DNA of 39,203 nt from the IMG/VR virus record IMGVR_UViG_3300047282_000628, positions 1-39,203 of that record. The stretch is one strand, 5' to 3'. Shown piece after piece: positions 35,228 through 39,203 of the stretch (the stretch's first letter is position 1; the number at the start of each line of letters is the position of its first letter). Under the pieces are notes generated by a model. It was not told the origin of the DNA, ran no database searches, and saw only the letters and a list, made by a program, of their open reading frames with translations. Origin of the DNA: a virus. Lineage: Duplodnaviria; Caudoviricetes. Both the position numbers and the translations under genes were made by a program.

Positions 35228-36916
35228 TCAATAAACGCGGTTCTGAAAGCCGACGCGATTAAAGAATGCTTGCATATCCCGAGGCATAGGAGCGATGGAT
35301 GTGGACACGGTGGCGTTGGTCACATCCTTAATAGCCGGGTCTTTACCCTCGGCTGCATCAATCAGACCCTGGGTGCTGCCGGGAACCAGATTATTAACGT
35401 TGGAACCCAACGGAGAAGTAATCTCAGCTCCCACTACATTTTGAGATTGCTGTGAGATATCGCGAGAGCGGAGTTTTTGATTCAACTCATAGGCAAGAAC
35501 GGGATTAGAGGCAGCCCATTGAGCGATCCCAGCTTTGTCGAGAGCTCCGCTGGCTTGGAGTTCCAGAACAGTTTGATCAACACTCTTAGGCTTAAGAGCC
35601 TCCTGACGGCGAGCAGCGTAATACTGAGCAATCTGCTTGTAGTCTGCGGGAGCTCCCACGGTGCCTTTGGTGGGTGTGGTCGGAGCGCCTCCAGTGCGGG
35701 AAGGATCTAATCGAGCACTGGCGGCTGCAGCTTGAGCTGCTTGCCGAAGATTGCTATTGCGATCACTAAAACGCTGAGTAGTAGCTGCCAACCCGCCTGC
35801 GGCTAGATCGCGAGCAGCAGCCTCAGCAACTTCTGTTTGTTCAGCTATAACGGTGGCGTCAACATTATTAGGAGCGGTTTGCTCCTCTAAAGAAGCGGGG
35901 GGTTTAGCGGTAGTGGGACCGAGCGGTGTCTCCTCTCCCCCAAGCAAATTAAATGCAGCGCCAGTAGCAGCAGTAGCACCCGCTGTACTCAAGGCGATTA
36001 AGGGTAACCGACCCTGCAGATTACTCAAAAGATTACGAAGCTCAGCACCTTTAGGGGACCAGGCAGAAGTTATATCAGTACGAAGATTTAAAGGTAATTG
36101 GCCCGGAGCCTCACCCGAAAAGACTCTGCTAGAACTAGGAACAAGGTTGCCACTCATATCCTCAACAAAAGCCCGAGGACCAAGTTGAGTCTCGGCGTCA
36201 AATCCACCGGCTTTTTTGTACGCAAAAGCGCGGGGTTGGCCGCCTGCTTCGTAAAAAGCTCGAACTGCAGGGTTATCTGCGGGACCAAATAAACTGGGTT
36301 GCTTATAAACAGTGCCTTTAGGGTCAAGTACCGGTAAGGAGGGTTTTACAGGACCCTGAATAGCTTGACTCGTAATTGGGCTTGTTTCCACGGCAGAGGG
36401 AATACGGCCCGCATAAGCTTCCGCTACCTCCCGTTCGGATAAAACACGCCCGCCGGGGCCTACATAAAACTGATTACCGGCGTCATCAGCCATTAACTTA
36501 ATACTTTCCCGAGCCTCTAATTGACGAGCTAATTCGGGAGAACCAGTTGGACGCGAGACAATAGGTAAAGAAGGTTGATTGACAGTAGGAGTAGCAGTAG
36601 AGCGTAAAGCCGGAGTGGCAGGAGGTTGGAAAACAGGAGAAACAGGTGGTTCGGGTCTAACAGCACGAGCAGCGGGAGCCGGAGCGGGACCTGCAGTAGC
36701 ACCTAATTGATATGTAGCTCCTCCGCCGGGCTTAACACTAGGGGTAGGTGCCTTGAACACCCCACGGGCAGCTTCAATACCCTCGCGCGGACCTTGACGG
36801 GTAGGAGGCAAAATACCTGACTGACCCGCCATTTTGCGGAATTGACCCCCAAGAGTCCCTGCGAAAACACCTGCAAGATTCAGTAAATCCTGCGCAGTAA
36901 GAGGTTTGGGAGCCAT
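35228..36916 (-). CDS. Large low-complexity protein, probably internal virion
   Basis: 562 aa, A/P-rich, central hydrophobic ALSTAGATAATGAAF, QPSL repeats. Confidence 0.6.
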   Translation of the reverse strand: MAPKPLTAQDLLNLAGVFAGTLGGQFRKMAGQSGILPPTRQGPREGIEAARGVFKAPTPSVKPGGGATYQLGATAGPAPAPAARAVRPEPPVSPVFQPPATPALRSTATPTVNQPSLPIVSRPTGSPELARQLEARESIKLMADDAGNQFYVGPGGRVLSEREVAEAYAGRIPSAVETSPITSQAIQGPVKPSLPVLDPKGTVYKQPSLFGPADNPAVRAFYEAGGQPRAFAYKKAGGFDAETQLGPRAFVEDMSGNLVPSSSRVFSGEAPGQLPLNLRTDITSAWSPKGAELRNLLSNLQGRLPLIALSTAGATAATGAAFNLLGGEETPLGPTTAKPPASLEEQTAPNNVDATVIAEQTEVAEAAARDLAAGGLAATTQRFSDRNSNLRQAAQAAAASARLDPSRTGGAPTTPTKGTVGAPADYKQIAQYYAARRQEALKPKSVDQTVLELQASGALDKAGIAQWAASNPVLAYELNQKLRSRDISQQSQNVVGAEITSPLGSNVNNLVPGSTQGLIDAAEGKDPAIKDVTNATVSTSIAPMPRDMQAFFNRVGFQNRVY

Positions 36917-36948
36917 TAGATCTACAAGCTACCTAAGCTATGAAAAGT

Positions 36949-37569
36949 CTAGCGCCAGTTAGTGTAAAAATACATTCGATCAGCACGTGATGCTGTCGGT
37001 GGACCAGGAATAGCCTGCACGAATGAAGCTCCGCTTCGCTCAAATCTGTATCGATTAGTTACTGGATTACGATAATTTGCTACATATAACATCTGCGCTA
37101 AGCGATCTGTCTCAAACACATAGTTTTCTCTCCATATTCTTGCTGTTTCCTTCTTATCTTGAATATTAATAGAACGGCTAACGTCACCTAAAATTGTCTC
37201 TTGACGACTGGTGGCTCGACCAGTAGCCAGTTCAGTTAAACGTTCCGCTTCCTCACAACGTTCGATCTGTTGAACGATTTTATCCACGTAGATTTCGCTG
37301 GGGATGCTGTTGCAAGCCTGCATCAACCGCGAATAGTCACCCGCAGGAACCGTGGCGATATTGTACCCCAGGTGATAAGCTACACGACTAAAATTAAAAT
37401 CATCAAGTCTATAACCAAAAACCTGAGCGGGGTTTCTGGCTAACTGATTTATAGCTGCATATACAATTTCACGCTTTGTTGTATCAACCGTATCCGGTTG
37501 AAATACAATACCCTGCTGAGCTAAATAGCTCTGGATTTGCTCTAACTCCTGTGTCGTTAAATCCGCCAC
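36949..37569 (-). CDS. Structural protein, tandem paralogue A (head-completion-like, inferred from position)
   Basis: Colinear with 37599-38231. Confidence 0.6.
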   Translation of the reverse strand: MADLTTQELEQIQSYLAQQGIVFQPDTVDTTKREIVYAAINQLARNPAQVFGYRLDDFNFSRVAYHLGYNIATVPAGDYSRLMQACNSIPSEIYVDKIVQQIERCEEAERLTELATGRATSRQETILGDVSRSINIQDKKETARIWRENYVFETDRLAQMLYVANYRNPVTNRYRFERSGASFVQAIPGPPTASRADRMYFYTNWR

Positions 37570-37598
37570 ACCTTAACCCTCGGATATAAATATTCTAC

Positions 37599-38231
37599 TC
37601 AGCGCCACGCTGTCGAAAAATACAGATCATCTGCTAACGCAGGATTAGGGGGACCAGGATAACCTTGAATAAAATCTCCTTCAGTTTCGATAAAACGAGA
37701 GGACGCAATTAAAGGATCTTTATAGTTAACGACATGGAGAATATTAGATAAACGATCACACTCATACAGATAATTTTCCCGCCAGATACGAGCAACAACT
37801 CGTTTGTCTTGGATTGTAATAGAGCGATTTAGTACTTCCGTGCCTTCACCTAGGATGGTTTCTTGCCGGTTTGTGGCACGACCATTAGCTAGCTCACACA
37901 AAGGTTCAGCAACTTCACACCGCTGAATCTGCTCGACAATTTTGGTGTAATAAAACTCGCTGGGAATATTGTTACAAGCCTCCAAAAGCCGAGCGTAATC
38001 AGCAGGACTGACGGAAGCTATGTTGTAATTTAAGTGATAACAAGCGCGATCAAAGTCGTACTGACAAAGAGCATAACTATCGACTTCAAACCCGTTACGC
38101 GTTAACTGATTTACCGCTGCGTAAACAACCTCACGCTTAGTGGCATCAGTTATTTGCGTATTAAAAATGACCCCTTGCTCAACCAGATACCGTTCGATCT
38201 GTTCGAGCTGAGAGGTCAGTATGGTCGACAC
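37599..38231 (-). CDS. Structural protein, tandem paralogue B
   Basis: Shares TKRE.VYAA.NQL.RN, ACNxIPSE, GRATxRQETILG and ARIWRENY with paralogue A. Confidence 0.6.
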   Translation of the reverse strand: MSTILTSQLEQIERYLVEQGVIFNTQITDATKREVVYAAVNQLTRNGFEVDSYALCQYDFDRACYHLNYNIASVSPADYARLLEACNNIPSEFYYTKIVEQIQRCEVAEPLCELANGRATNRQETILGEGTEVLNRSITIQDKRVVARIWRENYLYECDRLSNILHVVNYKDPLIASSRFIETEGDFIQGYPGPPNPALADDLYFSTAWR

Positions 38232-38274
38232 GAATAAAGCCCCAGATACTCACATTCTAGAGCTGTCCTTTGTG

Positions 38275-38709
38275 TCACTCTACGTATACGTGATCGTCAG
38301 CAAGAACAGTGTCCCAATCAACATGCTTGATCTCCTTAAGCTGATCCAGCTTGGAGAAACGCTCACCTGGCATGGACTGTTGAAGCTCTTTAATTTGAAC
38401 CGCAGTCTTCATGCCAACTCCCTTTAGAACCTGAGTAAGCAACTCAGGGGGAGCACTGTTGATATTTACCCGATTAAAAGCAGGGACTTCAGGTTTAGCA
38501 ATTGTGCGTCCACGGCGTTGCTTTGGTGTTTTTTCTACCGTCTCAGGCTCTAACTCTCGTTCAGCAATCTGATTTTTATGAGCGAAGAAGATTTTGCCCG
38601 TGGTCACGGACTTAACCATAAAGTATTCACCGTCATCGTGAACACTGATTACAGACACTTTGACCCCGTTAGGGGTGTAGGTGTACTCCTTCATTTCTGC
38701 GACTGGCAT
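38275..38709 (-). CDS. Helix-hairpin-helix (ComEA-like) DNA-binding protein
   Basis: RVNINSAPPELLTQVLKGVGMKTA.QI...FSKLDQLKEI. ATG 38709 preferred because TATACT lies 23 nt upstream. Confidence 0.75.
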   Translation of the reverse strand: MPVAEMKEYTYTPNGVKVSVISVHDDGEYFMVKSVTTGKIFFAHKNQIAERELEPETVEKTPKQRRGRTIAKPEVPAFNRVNINSAPPELLTQVLKGVGMKTAVQIKELQQSMPGERFSKLDQLKEIKHVDWDTVLADDHVYVE

Positions 38710-38751
38710 TATGTGAGCAGTTATCGACACTCAGTATAGCTACACGCAAAT

Positions 38752-38776
38752 AAAAAACCCCCTCCGAAGAGGGGGT
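38752..38776 (-). terminator. Strong Rho-independent terminator
   Basis: Minus strand ACCCCCTC-TTCG-GAGGGGGT followed by a T run. Confidence 0.9.
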
Positions 38777-38805
38777 AGAGACCCTTGGTTCGCGTCCTGA
38801 GTATA

Positions 38806-39203
38806 TCAGGAAGGGCTGGTCGAGGTGTAGATGGAGGACTCCACCACACCGCCGGGCTGCAGGGCCACATCGTCGCGCTTGGGCGGCTCATCGGGGATAA
38901 GCCAGCACACTTCGCACAGAGCGAGAGCCTTGTTCTTGCCAGACAGCTTGCCGGCTTTTGCACGAGGATCGTACACACCGGAAGCCTGAGCCAGGCCAGA
39001 GGCAGCAGCGCCACCGAGGTTGCCCACGGTGTACAGCTTGTAGGTGGTGTCGGCAGTCACCACATGCATGTTTGCCGCATTCCAGGCGTTGCTGGAGTTG
39101 AACGAACCGTTTTCGATACGGTTGTTCGAACCGGCCACAGTGGCGAAGAAGCCGCTGGGGGTGGGGGCAGTGGTCAGACCAACGCCGAGGGCGGGGCCGA
39201 GAC
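38806..39203 (-). CDS. 3' part of a probably abundant virion (capsid-region) protein, truncated by the window edge
   Basis: Frame open to the window end, strongly C/G-ending codons, followed by a strong terminator. Confidence 0.6.
   Translation of the reverse strand, partial: LGPALGVGLTTAPTPSGFFATVAGSNNRIENGSFNSSNAWNAANMHVVTADTTYKLYTVGNLGGAAASGLAQASGVYDPRAKAGKLSGKNKALALCEVCWLIPDEPPKRDDVALQPGGVVESSIYTSTSPS

Noticed and set aside
38275-38709. Photosystem II PsbU
   Set aside because: The HhH similarity is generic, there is no signal peptide, and the context is the virion head region.
820-39014. Many short antisense or alternate-frame ORFs in the track (e.g. 6024-6401, 10763-11128, 19072-19431, 25151-25465, 35853-36188)
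   Set aside because: They lie within better-supported genes and have no recognisable motifs.

Overview
The window looks like a 39-kb fragment of a tailed dsDNA cyanophage (or prophage) genome. The cyanobacterial host is inferred from two NblA-like genes. No integrase, terminase, portal, tRNA or CRISPR array was seen. Layout: (1) 1-7.9 kb, plus-strand replication block with a double-OB SSB, a PD-(D/E)XK exonuclease and a 929-aa primase/D5-SF3 helicase. (2) 7.9-13.5 kb, thyX, small virion-type proteins, a GH24+C39 endolysin, holin-like genes, HNH and speD. (3) 13.5-24.3 kb, minus-strand tail-fibre region of repeated adaptor/receptor-binding/chaperone cassettes, with one GIY-YIG/NUMOD3 insertion and one adaptor broken by an in-frame TAG. 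(4) 24.3-28.4 kb, a regulatory-looking island of HTH proteins and apparent pseudo-enzymes. (5) 28.4-39.2 kb, virion genes including an SLT+M23 lysin, a split-SWIM protein and tandem paralogues, plus dps and a second nblA. The most unusual signals are three nuclease-dead His-Cys-box (HNH) proteins, two fused to HTH, which may be domesticated transcription factors; two catalytically degenerate DNA methyltransferase homologues; a TAnnnT box about 18-28 nt upstream of most start codons; a three-way-junction RNA upstream of an HTH gene; a possible -1 frameshift fusion; and a recurrent R-[FLI]-A-G motif in small proteins. All calls come from motifs read by eye, with no database searches.
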